Shown piece after piece: positions 38,701-47,738 of a DNA stretch of 64,000 nucleotides. Origin of the DNA: a virus (lineage: Duplodnaviria > Caudoviricetes); the IMG/VR virus record IMGVR_UViG_3300007754_000852; one strand, written 5' to 3'. The notes beneath the pieces were generated by a model. That model searched no databases. It was not told where the DNA came from and saw only the letters and a list, made by a program, of their open reading frames with translations. The number at the start of each line of letters is the position of its first letter. The stretch's first letter is position 1. Both the position numbers and the translations under genes were made by a program.

Positions 38701-39368
38701 GCCGATCCACCTGCAGACGTTCCGTCATTTCCTGCTCTATCTAGATTAGATGCGCTTAGAGCTAAAAGAAATCCAAAACTGCCGTCGCCGCCTGTTGATC
38801 CTGATAGTTTTTGACATATGACCTGATTATCGCTTCCAGTTCTTGCAGGATATACATGTGCCTCTATTGAGAATGATGACATATCTACATCTAAAACTGC
38901 ATCGCCTGTATTTATCTTAGAAAAGTTAGGAAACTGACTGCCTGCAGAGTCTACAACCTCTACGTGTGAGGCGCTGAACATTAGAAATCCAACATTCTTT
39001 GGGAATCTTTTTAAGACATCTTTTTCAAAACCAGTTAAAGAGTCTTCAAACTTTTCTAGCTCGTCACGGGTTCCATCAAACGGAAACTCATTTATAATTC
39101 GATCAAATGCAATATTAACTTTAGACTCTGCTGAATTGAAAAACGTGTGATTTTCAAACTTTGAATAGTCAATATCAATTTCCTGTGTCGATCTTAAGCC
39201 TGTTCCAGGAGCATCATATCTAAAAGATGACGTATTTTCAATATTGGAATCAACCATCTTTTTTAGAGATAGATCACTTACAAATCCATGACTATCAACC
39301 TCATTTCTTGTCACTGATGGTGAAAATATCTTTGGCCTCTTTGATATTCGTGACTTACTGTTAGGCAT
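35742..39368 (-). CDS. Baseplate wedge-like protein with two LamG-like domains
   Basis: LamG-like FSIEAHVYP..WNHICAVFD..FSGAIDEFRFF, and a second FTYEAIYKF..FAGKVGHIRFW. Wedge-like segments QIWKRILINI..KGTIHSVKSIMRAAGI and FVIESHVLER. Confidence 0.6.
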   Translation of the reverse strand: MPNSKSRISKRPKIFSPSVTRNEVDSHGFVSDLSLKKMVDSNIENTSSFRYDAPGTGLRSTQEIDIDYSKFENHTFFNSAESKVNIAFDRIINEFPFDGTRDELEKFEDSLTGFEKDVLKRFPKNVGFLMFSASHVEVVDSAGSQFPNFSKINTGDAVLDVDMSSFSIEAHVYPARTGSDNQVICQKLSGSTGGDGSFGFLLALSASNLDRAGNDGTSAGGSASSDLIFAVSSGSLRLATSASIDKGKWNHICAVFDRSVNRGRLMIYVSQSLVASSSNVALPGRLLTNQSSLTIGSGSAQNIQTGYLPGEEKTIFTPQQTFSGAIDEFRFFHNVRTPESQGLYGTRNIFSDNDLKLYFKLNEPYYTGTYGINNVCIDSSGNSLHSSITNFTASLRLTGSLTNPMTAEDKNISPILFPEYSKVANLNSTLLSSASNYDSENPNLITRLIPKHHLLEGQVDEGMDNEDGQIGEPYLGKSIPGSGQIGSAQLLTSFLLIWAKFFDELKVFIDHFSSVIHTDYDSADSVTDKFLPFVAKYYGFHLPSIYSNTPLEQFSRGENIKTNQSLSSESLSYIQNQIWKRILINIKDIAQSKGTIHSVKSIMRAAGINPDKVFSIREYGGPKRFSLKNRRQKTSDVSSMIDFSGSFSWSPKHEILDLSQQGFGSSTGSFITPHLVSGFLSSSRIEAGFPEPKGTMLDINDDAGKFLHGISNEPGDGFFTSGSFTYEAIYKFPIKNEYPVTQSLIRIHTTGSTSPASGSGLVLSNLIVLSGAQNNVTSSGSGLKLFVRPSIGSTNEPVFTLSLTGVNIFDGNQWSVSFGRNRCDEIGAASSSSYFLRCGRQSFGKAKEYFSTSSFFQETSVGTPASNLFQAHGSSYNSSGPFLVVGSQSISQDTTNNYCLNVGVNSGIENLNTEFAGKVGHIRFWSKGLSDADWREHVRNFKSLGVSDPMSNFNFMTEPTGAFGRLRLDCSTDQAVTNSNGSGDIALVDFSQNSINFSASGFETNKSVIRPETFYYSMLSPSFDVGQSDEKVRVRGYSDVSYLDDNSYATTSPVFDVTPSEIPDDDTRFTIDYSAMKALNEDIMSLFSSLEFFDNALGKPNLLFDETYPDLDYMREVYFNRLEKKLNVQAFFDFFKWFDTALGSLIEQVIPRKTKFMGINFVIESHVLERHRFRYLFDEIYLQGFERDVDARGVRVEDDVLEALLNAE

Positions 39369-39381
39369 TGACTATTATCAC

Positions 39382-40917
39382 CTACTCAACTTTAAACTTT
39401 GTTGCCACGTTTGAAAATACCTGCTCAATTCCGTTATCATTAATAAGAAAATCAAATCCGTATGTTCTTCCTGGTGATAAGCTGTCCATATAAAATTCAA
39501 AATACATTCCCTCTGAGTCTGTCGATAGTAGTGTGCCATCTTTCTCTGTATCAAATGGAATTATTATGTCGTTAGAGTCAAAGTCTTTCACCCTGTAATA
39601 CATCTCTGTAAAAATTTTACTCTTAGATATTATTGGTTTCTTTACAAGAACTATGTCATCCTCTATATCCTCTGCAAACACTCTAAGCTTTACCCTTTGA
39701 GACTTCTTATATGAGGATTTAAGATTGATTATGTTAATAAACGGGTTGCATGTCTTATCAACAAATGCAGACCTATTAACTGTGTTTATCACAAGAGATC
39801 CTGTAAAGTATCCAACAGTCTTGTCAAGAGAACTCCACGTCTCTGTAAACGTTGCAGATCCTGCATTTATTATCTCATTTCTCAGTGTTCCAGATTCAAA
39901 TTCAGATATTGAAAATGTTGATGAGTACACACCGCTCATAAAGTTATTTCCAATCTTATGCTGTGATCCTGAAAATGTTCTCGAAAAGAATGTAGAGCTT
40001 CCGGTGCTTCCTGATGCTATTGTTACAAGTAGACAATTTGTTCCCGTTACCTTTGTTGCTGATACACCTGACAAGATGTCGAATCTTGACCCACGATGGA
40101 AGTTATTTAAAAATAGAGATCCAGTTACATCAAAGAAAAAAGATCTATGATGATCATGAATAGAGTCATTAAATCTTACGACTAACTTTGGTCTCTTTCT
40201 TGTATTGGTTGAGTGTCTTGATGCAAACCTCTTGACAAATCTCGTAAAGTGATCAGTCTCCTCACTTCCTGAAAATGATAATCTGAAACCGTGATCAGGT
40301 ATTTGTCCGGCTAGAGTTGCAGATACAACAGTTGTTATATCAATAGACAGATCCTCCTCACCCACGTTGAACTCTTGACTCTTCCAAAGGTTCACAACTC
40401 CGTTTCCATCATGAAGATTGCCACTTGAGATGATGTCAATATCATCTGATCCTAAGAGTCCATCCTTATTAGCTCCTGACATATACCACTGGACGGCCTT
40501 GCCACCTGATATTGACGACGTGTGAAAATTACATGCATCGATATCCTCAAATGTCACAACGTCTCTTCCAATGCCTTCATCAAATGACCTAGAAAGAGGA
40601 AACATTATTACATTAAAGTTAGAAGGCGTTGTCTGGCCTCCATATACATCATGCATCTTTAATGTGCAATTAAACGACGGATGTGTGATATCTAGTGTTG
40701 TTCCTGTAATAGCCTTAAGATGGCTTAGATCAAACTTAATAAGAATTCTAGATATTTCAGTAGGAGCATCAGTTCCGGAAATTAAAGATTCATCATACAA
40801 TTTAAATAAGTCTAACGTTCCTGCTGCGCCGACATTGGCATCAGTCGCTCTAAACGAGCTATTAATAATTTTATTTGTGATGTATGTGTCACTGCTTGCA
40901 GAAAGAATTCTATACAT
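39382..40917 (-). CDS. Virion structural protein (baseplate/neck region)
   Basis: 511 aa, N-terminus MYRILSASSDTYI..SRILIKFDL, directly downstream of the gp6-like gene. Confidence 0.6.
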   Translation of the reverse strand: MYRILSASSDTYITNKIINSSFRATDANVGAAGTLDLFKLYDESLISGTDAPTEISRILIKFDLSHLKAITGTTLDITHPSFNCTLKMHDVYGGQTTPSNFNVIMFPLSRSFDEGIGRDVVTFEDIDACNFHTSSISGGKAVQWYMSGANKDGLLGSDDIDIISSGNLHDGNGVVNLWKSQEFNVGEEDLSIDITTVVSATLAGQIPDHGFRLSFSGSEETDHFTRFVKRFASRHSTNTRKRPKLVVRFNDSIHDHHRSFFFDVTGSLFLNNFHRGSRFDILSGVSATKVTGTNCLLVTIASGSTGSSTFFSRTFSGSQHKIGNNFMSGVYSSTFSISEFESGTLRNEIINAGSATFTETWSSLDKTVGYFTGSLVINTVNRSAFVDKTCNPFINIINLKSSYKKSQRVKLRVFAEDIEDDIVLVKKPIISKSKIFTEMYYRVKDFDSNDIIIPFDTEKDGTLLSTDSEGMYFEFYMDSLSPGRTYGFDFLINDNGIEQVFSNVATKFKVE

Positions 40918-40922
40918 TTTAT

Positions 40923-42779
40923 CTACTCCGCGCTACCAACAATGTCATCATCTGGATACTTAATCTCAAGAATTGATCCTGGCGGAACCATCAGCACACC
41001 TTTTTTTAAATTTGATGTGATGTTAAATGTCTCGCCACTGTACTCTCTTCCATCAAGATTTCCTGATTTTGAAAGAACATCAAGCGAAACATGAGACATG
41101 ACACCCTCAGTGTTGAGGATAATATTTATTAGATCTGACATTATCAGAGGTTGATCAATTTGAAAGTTTTCAATTTTTAGATATTTTTTAAGCTCAGAGT
41201 TAACCTTTTGTATAGTTAATTCCTTGTTTGCTGTAGAGTCAACAATAATTGAATACTTTATTGCGACATTTAGAATTCTTGCATCAACAATATCAATCGC
41301 ATCAGATATCAACCTAAATTCATTTAAATATTCGCTTATATTTTCCTTAAGTGTGTCTGGAGAAACTATTAAATTATTATTTGAGTCTCTGCTTATAATA
41401 GACACAATAGATGAAAGAGGATTATTTGGATTTGATCTTATTCCAACCCTAAAGACTCTTCCAAAATTAGTAGGCATGGTATAGATTCTAGACATTAGAT
41501 CTTGCTTTGTGACAATTCTAGACTGTGAGTTTCTATGAGCTAATGCGACAGCCTTGAGCTCATTAAGTGTTAGTTCAGATTCTCCACCTGATGCTTCGAC
41601 AGGATTTGTTGTATATACTGTTGATCTAATTGATGAAACTGTTGATGACGGTACACCAGACGAAAACTTTGTAATTAGATTTTTAATAGACCTTAGAGAT
41701 TCTGATCCTACATTATGAGATAGTCCGCCTCCTGCCCTGTATCTAACTGTCACCTTGGTTCCCCTTGGTGACACACCCAGGGTTCTTGTCTTTAAAAGAG
41801 AGTTTGGATCAATAGAGAATCTTTTCATTGTGTTTTTAGACCCAAATAGTGGGAGAGACACCTCGCTAGGATCTGGAATGATATCATCATCAAGAGTCGA
41901 CGCATCACCTGATCCAAATCTAATTGTCGTCATTCCTGTATTTCTACTTGTTGTAGATATAAATCTAAACGGTGCAGGTAAAAGCTCTAAATTATCAGAT
42001 ACGAGATCACTATCATTGCTCGTATTTATCACACTTTTAAATACTGTGTCCTGCGTAAGTGAATCGACCTCATAGTATTCATTTCTCTCAGTGTCTGTAA
42101 CAGAGATAATTTCAGTGACATTTTCAGACCCAAGAACAATTGTTCTAAACGGCTTGTAGTCATCTCCTATTGTAAACGTTTCCTCAACGGTCTTACCTGA
42201 CTTGCACAACCCTGTCAACTTAACTAGATAGCTTGTAGGTAATCCAGAAGAGTCAGCCTTATCAACAACATAAGATGCAATTAAATTTCCTGACGATGTT
42301 TTTTTTGAAAAATCTAGATCCTCACCTAACTCAAATACAATTCCAGTGTTTGATGACACTGTCGTTCCTGTTTTGATGATGGGAAGATCTGTCGATCTTG
42401 GCCTTCGACCCTGCGCTGTTGTCTCATATCCCACCTTTAGAAAAAAATCAACATACACAGAAGCCGGTGCCGCACCTGATATCTTGACGCCTGCAGCCCT
42501 CACTAATCTTTCAACATTTTTATCTTCAACAGCTGTTTCAAGATCTAGCTCATTAAACTGGTGATCTAGATAAAATGACATGACATCACCAACATACGCA
42601 GCCATATCTAAAAACAGACCTCCCATGCTAGCTTCAGAAAAATCCTGTATTCTATCAGAGTAGTATGTTCTTGCATAGTCTAATAGCTCAGACCTAAATG
42701 AATTAAAGTCCCGATTTAGATATGATCGCGGTTTTTTCTGTATTAGCTTGTTTTTTATATTTTTAGAACTTTTAGACAT
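40923..42779 (-). CDS. gp6: Baseplate wedge subunit (T4 gp6 / baseplate J-like)
   Basis: YLNRDFNSFRSELLDYA..DFSEASMGGLFLDMAAYVGDVMSFYLD, IRFGSG, YRAGGG, ASGG and RIVTKQD motifs. Confidence 0.88.
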   Translation of the reverse strand: MSKSSKNIKNKLIQKKPRSYLNRDFNSFRSELLDYARTYYSDRIQDFSEASMGGLFLDMAAYVGDVMSFYLDHQFNELDLETAVEDKNVERLVRAAGVKISGAAPASVYVDFFLKVGYETTAQGRRPRSTDLPIIKTGTTVSSNTGIVFELGEDLDFSKKTSSGNLIASYVVDKADSSGLPTSYLVKLTGLCKSGKTVEETFTIGDDYKPFRTIVLGSENVTEIISVTDTERNEYYEVDSLTQDTVFKSVINTSNDSDLVSDNLELLPAPFRFISTTSRNTGMTTIRFGSGDASTLDDDIIPDPSEVSLPLFGSKNTMKRFSIDPNSLLKTRTLGVSPRGTKVTVRYRAGGGLSHNVGSESLRSIKNLITKFSSGVPSSTVSSIRSTVYTTNPVEASGGESELTLNELKAVALAHRNSQSRIVTKQDLMSRIYTMPTNFGRVFRVGIRSNPNNPLSSIVSIISRDSNNNLIVSPDTLKENISEYLNEFRLISDAIDIVDARILNVAIKYSIIVDSTANKELTIQKVNSELKKYLKIENFQIDQPLIMSDLINIILNTEGVMSHVSLDVLSKSGNLDGREYSGETFNITSNLKKGVLMVPPGSILEIKYPDDDIVGSAE

Positions 42780-42788
42780 CTTATATCA

Positions 42789-43271
42789 CTATATCGCATA
42801 TAGAATTGCGCTTATCTGCTTTTTTACTATTCTCAGCTTAGGAATGTTATACGTTATGTTTATGACTATCTTACTTAATCCTGGATCTATTCCGAATTTT
42901 TTCACACCTGTCATTCCAAAATTTGACTCATATGTTTCTAGCTCAACAAATGGAAGAAATTTATTGACTGCGCTATTTATTCGCAACATTGCCTCTGCAT
43001 CGAAGTCTATTTGAGATGACAACTCAGTGGTTAACTCTCTTAAATTTGCACCAAAGTCATATGCGCCTAACCTCTCACCGTAATTTGTAAGAATAAGGCT
43101 CTTTAGATTATCATGTATCTGACTCTCTAGATTGAAATGCATCTCAAACAATCCAGATCGACCCTCTCCTAGCCTAATGGGAGTCTTTAAACCTATGGGC
43201 TTTGAATCAGGAACATTATGAAACTTTCGTAATGTTGACTTATCACCTACACTTTTAAAGCTAATGGCCAT
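42789..43271 (-). CDS. gp25: Baseplate wedge subunit (T4 gp25 / GPW-like)
   Basis: QIHDNLKSLILTNYGERLGAYDFGANLREL...FLPFV..INITYNI. Confidence 0.88.
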   Translation of the reverse strand: MAISFKSVGDKSTLRKFHNVPDSKPIGLKTPIRLGEGRSGLFEMHFNLESQIHDNLKSLILTNYGERLGAYDFGANLRELTTELSSQIDFDAEAMLRINSAVNKFLPFVELETYESNFGMTGVKKFGIDPGLSKIVINITYNIPKLRIVKKQISAILYAI

Positions 43272-43290
43272 TTAAAATCACTCTCACTAT

Positions 43291-43298
43291 TAAGTATA
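43291..43298 (-). promoter_or_regulatory. Candidate late-promoter motif TATACTTA
   Basis: About 20 bp upstream of the gp25-like start. Confidence 0.4.
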
Positions 43299-43375
43299 CA
43301 AAAAGAGAAATGTCATCAATCATTTATGATAGATAATTAATCAGCATCGTGATCAACTATAGGATAGATATAAAT

Positions 43376-43798
43376 CTACCACGTAGACAATGACGCTCTC
43401 TTCCATATTGCTTCACCTGATGCAGCATCATCAAAATCCTTAATACAGACATATACATATGATGTTGATATTGTGATCATTCCTTTCTCATCACCCTCGC
43501 CGCCTTGGGGTGTGCTGGGATTCCATTTTCTATTTGATGACCCAGGCTGGTCATAAGGCCTGACCTGTAATCTATTTGTTCCATTGGGCCAGACACCTGA
43601 CTCCTTAATATAGTCACTAATTCCATCTGCTATGCTTTGTGATAGCGCGTCAAGTATGTCATCTTGTGTAGGTGAGTTGGTTAGAGTACCATCCTCACTT
43701 GCAGAGATAGTGCTCGCTAGATCACTAGCATCTTTAAATGCTACCTTTATCGACTCTTTAATCGCATCTAATGATGTTGTCGTATTTCCAATTGACAC
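43376..43798 (-). CDS. Small hypothetical virion protein with a fibre-associated C-terminal motif
   Basis: C-terminus GMITISTSYVYVC...WKRASLSTW resembles a motif common at the ends of phage fibre proteins (from memory). Confidence 0.5.
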   Translation of the reverse strand: MSIGNTTTSLDAIKESIKVAFKDASDLASTISASEDGTLTNSPTQDDILDALSQSIADGISDYIKESGVWPNGTNRLQVRPYDQPGSSNRKWNPSTPQGGEGDEKGMITISTSYVYVCIKDFDDAASGEAIWKRASLSTW

Positions 43799-43803
43799 AG
43801 TTA

Positions 43804-45141
43804 TTATTCTCCCTTGATTATGCCTGAGAGAGAGCTACCCATATCAAGACTATTGAGCTGTTCTTGCAAGGTTGTCATTGCTATAGCTAGAATGGGATTT
43901 GGTCCGCCAAAACCCGGAGTAGTTCCTCCCGATGAAAGCATTGATGCCATTGTTGATATCATTGTGACCAGGCTATTAAATATAGATACCATGTCATTAC
44001 CCTTTACGAATGGTTGCAACCCTGATGATCCGTCTTTTCCAATTGCTATCTCGTTTCCACACTGTATTTGAACATTACCGCTGGCATCCATAACAATGCT
44101 AGATCCAGCCTTGTGGATTATTCGTATATTTCCACTGCTGTCAGAGATAATTCTAGGATTTTCTGACTTTATAATAATATACGGACTGTCATCTACGCTG
44201 TCTACATTGGCACCTATTCCTGTAGGAGATGTTTCAAAATTTTCATCTCCGCTAGTTTTCATTGACACATAAATTCTGGAAAGATCATTGACAAAATCTG
44301 GATCACCTTCAAATATGCTATCATCTGTGGCATTTCCAGTTAGGGTGGGTGCCTTGTCAACCTCATCATATCCTCTTGTGTTGCTTACAGCGGCTGCCGG
44401 TGCTGTCGATGTCGTTGCACCTCTACCTGCAACAATATCAATCGACCCTCTTTGTAAGTCACTGCTGGTATTAAAAGATCCTGCATTCCTATCTTCACCC
44501 AGAGATATCAATGTGTTATTTGAGCCTTGAACAGTTAGATCACCACATCTCTTGCTAAATCTTGGGACAGACTCACCAGAAAATTGAGAATTATATGATA
44601 ATGACTTGCTAACAATGCTCTCATATGGATCAGATCCTGGGAGCGTGTTATGCTCCGGGTTATCGTCTTGACCTTTGGGAAAATTAGCAGGATTAAATAC
44701 CTGCCCACTTTCAGGTGACTCTGCACCGTATTTTGACACTCTATCAAGATGTGTATAGTTTAAATCATCAACAGCAATGTCAGTGGCCTTTCTTGTCATC
44801 CAATATCCAAGTGATGACTCTCTTCCGTCAGGAAATAGAACCCACACCTGCTCTCCTGGTTTTACAGGTAAGCAAAAATGAGGTGAGAAAAAAGGATAGC
44901 AAATCATTGGTTGTGCATCATTTCCAATAATTCTAGCAACTATGCTATTTCTAGGCATCCTATTAATATAGTGCTTATTAGTTATCACCCCTGCGACGTC
45001 AACAATAGAATCTCTTTGCTCAACAGGGTTTGATATAAATTCAACAACTACACCTGTCATTAAAAACTGTCTGTCACCTTCTTGAGACCTAGATCTTTCA
45101 CTTATTCCGCCGCTGACACTTAGTTGGTCAAGTAATCCCAC
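43804..45141 (-). CDS. Baseplate hub/central spike protein (gp5/VgrG/GpV-like)
   Basis: N-terminal OB-fold-like CYPFFSPHFCLPVKPGEQVWVLF..GYWM, beta-helix-like GSSIVMDASGNVQI, PFVKGN; close to gp25. Confidence 0.65.
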   Translation of the reverse strand: MGLLDQLSVSGGISERSRSQEGDRQFLMTGVVVEFISNPVEQRDSIVDVAGVITNKHYINRMPRNSIVARIIGNDAQPMICYPFFSPHFCLPVKPGEQVWVLFPDGRESSLGYWMTRKATDIAVDDLNYTHLDRVSKYGAESPESGQVFNPANFPKGQDDNPEHNTLPGSDPYESIVSKSLSYNSQFSGESVPRFSKRCGDLTVQGSNNTLISLGEDRNAGSFNTSSDLQRGSIDIVAGRGATTSTAPAAAVSNTRGYDEVDKAPTLTGNATDDSIFEGDPDFVNDLSRIYVSMKTSGDENFETSPTGIGANVDSVDDSPYIIIKSENPRIISDSSGNIRIIHKAGSSIVMDASGNVQIQCGNEIAIGKDGSSGLQPFVKGNDMVSIFNSLVTMISTMASMLSSGGTTPGFGGPNPILAIAMTTLQEQLNSLDMGSSLSGIIKGE

Positions 45142-45146
45142 TGTAG

Positions 45147-45506
45147 TTATCCATTTATCTTGTCAAAAATTGAATTTACATCAACAGCTTTATCATCTTC
45201 CTTTCCAATCATCTCAGCAAGCTTTAGTATTTGATCATTGCTCTTACACATTCTCTCAAGATACTTTGATAAAATAGGGCCAAAGACAGCATGTTGTGCA
45301 GCGTTTCCCTTTGCCTCTATTAAGAGATCTGTAAATAAGATTCTTGCATTTTCTCTATCGCTAAGAGCGTTTTCATATATCTCTTTCCATAGATATTTTT
45401 TCTTATCTTCTGTCGTCTCAAGAGAGTCAAGTAGATCACAAAATCTACTTATCTTAGCCTCTTTTTCATTAGCCTTTTCAAGCATTTCATCTATTGATTT
45501 TGTCAT
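45147..45506 (-). CDS. Helical hypothetical protein; possible terminase small subunit
   Basis: 119 aa, all-helical, GGAG RBS, weak by-eye resemblance to gp16-like helices. Confidence 0.45.
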   Translation of the reverse strand: MTKSIDEMLEKANEKEAKISRFCDLLDSLETTEDKKKYLWKEIYENALSDRENARILFTDLLIEAKGNAAQHAVFGPILSKYLERMCKSNDQILKLAEMIGKEDDKAVDVNSIFDKING

Positions 45507-45515
45507 ATCTATCTC

Positions 45516-46259
45516 CTAAAAAATATCATAATCTCCTGATTTAACTAGGCTCTTATAGTGCTTTCTGATGACTGACATTGCAACAGATAATTGTTTTGGA
45601 TTCAGGCTGGACAAATCTCTCATATAGACAAATACTGCCCTTTTGTTTAAGAAATCTAGATCTTCTATCTTTCTAAAAAGAGTTATTATTGCATCCATAC
45701 ACGCTATCTCATTTTCACCCGTTATTGTCTCTCTTATCTCAGACATTAGGTCAAATAAATTATCCATTGACTCTTTCTTAAAGATCTCTTCATCTTGAGA
45801 CGGAGCTGTCTGATGGAGCTCAATCGCGCTTAAGTCTGAACTTGATAGTGATGTTGAGTCATCTATACTAACATGTCTTCTATTTTGTTTTGTCTTCTTT
45901 TTGCTTTGAATGATTAGCCAGTTTTTTGCAACAACATTAAAATATGAGAATGCCTTTGTCCCTCTTGTGTGATCAAACTTCTCTAGAGTTTCATATAAAA
46001 ATGTAACACAGTCACTCTTTAGATCTTCAAACGATCCGTGAGGTTTTGCAAATCCGTGTATGAATATTAAATTTTCAGCAAGCTTGTCAAACGCAGGAAG
46101 AATTTCATCGATATAGATCTGAGCCTTTTCACTTTGATCATTTGAGTTCTGAAAGTTTATTATTGCATTATGTGTTCCGGAATGGAAGTACAGCTTAACT
46201 GACGGTCTTTTTGAACCCTTTCCTCTCTTTCTTCTTTTTGCCCCCTTTTTCTGACTCAT
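45516..46259 (-). CDS. Phage RNA polymerase sigma-factor-like protein
   Basis: Region-2-like EDLKSDCVTFLYETLEKFDHTRGTKAFSYFNVVAKNWL, with a C-terminal HTH-like segment. Confidence 0.7.
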   Translation of the reverse strand: MSQKKGAKRRKRGKGSKRPSVKLYFHSGTHNAIINFQNSNDQSEKAQIYIDEILPAFDKLAENLIFIHGFAKPHGSFEDLKSDCVTFLYETLEKFDHTRGTKAFSYFNVVAKNWLIIQSKKKTKQNRRHVSIDDSTSLSSSDLSAIELHQTAPSQDEEIFKKESMDNLFDLMSEIRETITGENEIACMDAIITLFRKIEDLDFLNKRAVFVYMRDLSSLNPKQLSVAMSVIRKHYKSLVKSGDYDIF

Positions 46260-46260
46260 T

Positions 46261-46548
46261 CTACTTCTCTACTGACCGATCTATAACTGTCATGTTTCTT
46301 GCAACGTTTAAAATAGAGTCTCTGCATAAATCAATATCCGTAATTACCTGTCTTATCTCAACAGAATCAAAAAAAATCGGCTTCTCTGCCACTTTACTCA
46401 TAGTCTTATATCTTTCATCAAGCTCATCAAGAGAAGATTCAATTGCATCTTGTAATTCTAAAAGAATCATTCCATGCTTATAGTTGTAGCCAATAGAGAT
46501 GACTAATAAAAATAGAAGACATACATTAGTAACTATTAAATAGATCAC
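46261..46548 (-). CDS. Small membrane-anchored protein
   Basis: N-terminal hydrophobic helix MIYLIVTNVCLLFLLVISIGY followed by a coiled coil. Confidence 0.6.
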   Translation of the reverse strand: MIYLIVTNVCLLFLLVISIGYNYKHGMILLELQDAIESSLDELDERYKTMSKVAEKPIFFDSVEIRQVITDIDLCRDSILNVARNMTVIDRSVEK

Positions 46549-47723
46549 ACAGTCTCCACGTGATCATGATAAAATTTATTATACTTTCCAATAACAGCCA
46601 AAAGTGAAAATTCTGATTGTATTTGTTTTGATAGGTCTATTGCCCACTGTTTTGGTAAGCTGTACTTGTCTCTTAGCTTCTTTATCTTCTTTTTGAAGTC
46701 ACCTTCTGAAGGATCTGCCCACTTCATTCCAGCCATAAAGATTCTATTATCAATTCTATTTTTTGGAATTTCAATAAGATCGTATTTTATTGGAATAAAC
46801 TTTCCCATACCAAGAAAGTCAAGATGTCCAGACCAGTTTGTTGCGATAACCGGTAGACCTGCTGCTGCCGCCTCTAGAAGAGGGAGGCCAAATCCCTCTC
46901 CCCTTGTCAGACTAATTAGCCCTTTTACATCTGCTCTTTTATACAGGCCGGCTATCTCGTCTGGTGATAAATTTCCGTGAATCACATGAATTCGTGGAAA
47001 CCTATCTTTTCTAACCTCTGATAACAGCTTTTTAATTGTATTTTTTGTTAGCTGTCTGTCTATCGCTGTTCCTCTTCCATGATTAACTTTTATTATTAGC
47101 CCTACATCAGGATCATCTTTGAATGTCTCACAGAACCACTTGATCGTGAAGAATATATTTTTTCTATCATTCCACGGATCGTCACCAGTAAATTGACCAA
47201 TTAATAAAAAATTAAAACTAGTATCAACGCTATCTAGCTTAGTTTCTTTAATGCTGTCATCATCAATTGATTCAATGTAGCTTTCAGGAATTACATGAAT
47301 TGGTGTCGAAACAGATCCTGTATTTTCAATTGTCTTCTTTATGTGGCTTGTTGGAATAATTACATGATCCATTAGCTCCATTCTTTCAAGCCATGCCTTG
47401 TTACAGACATCAGTTTCAACAACTGCTGACACCCCTATGTTTATCTTGGCCTTTGAAGGATCCCACTCATCTGGTAGCTGTACTTGAACTGAGATATCAT
47501 ATTTTTCACCATCTACTTCGGCATTTGTCCTTTTCATTATTCTTTCTACTAGGCCGTTTTCAAAGTCTGGATTTATCATCCAGCTTGTATTTCCCCACTG
47601 AAGAACTTGAACAGTTACATCAAAGTCGTCTCTAGACTCTAGCCATTTAAATATTTGTCTTGAGTGAACGCCGTATCCGCTTATTGATAAAACAGGCGCC
47701 CGTAAAAGTACTTTCTTTTTCAA
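46545..47723 (-). CDS. Glycosyltransferase, GT4/GT-B family
   Basis: SGYGVHSR, TRGEGFGLPLLEAAAAGLPVIATNWSG. Confidence 0.9.
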   Translation of the reverse strand: MKKKVLLRAPVLSISGYGVHSRQIFKWLESRDDFDVTVQVLQWGNTSWMINPDFENGLVERIMKRTNAEVDGEKYDISVQVQLPDEWDPSKAKINIGVSAVVETDVCNKAWLERMELMDHVIIPTSHIKKTIENTGSVSTPIHVIPESYIESIDDDSIKETKLDSVDTSFNFLLIGQFTGDDPWNDRKNIFFTIKWFCETFKDDPDVGLIIKVNHGRGTAIDRQLTKNTIKKLLSEVRKDRFPRIHVIHGNLSPDEIAGLYKRADVKGLISLTRGEGFGLPLLEAAAAGLPVIATNWSGHLDFLGMGKFIPIKYDLIEIPKNRIDNRIFMAGMKWADPSEGDFKKKIKKLRDKYSLPKQWAIDLSKQIQSEFSLLAVIGKYNKFYHDHVETV

Positions 47724-47738
47724 CTTAAAAACCTCTAG

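Noticed and set aside
43300-43335. Rho-independent terminator
   Set aside because: Only a 5-bp AT-rich stem is present; too weak to call.
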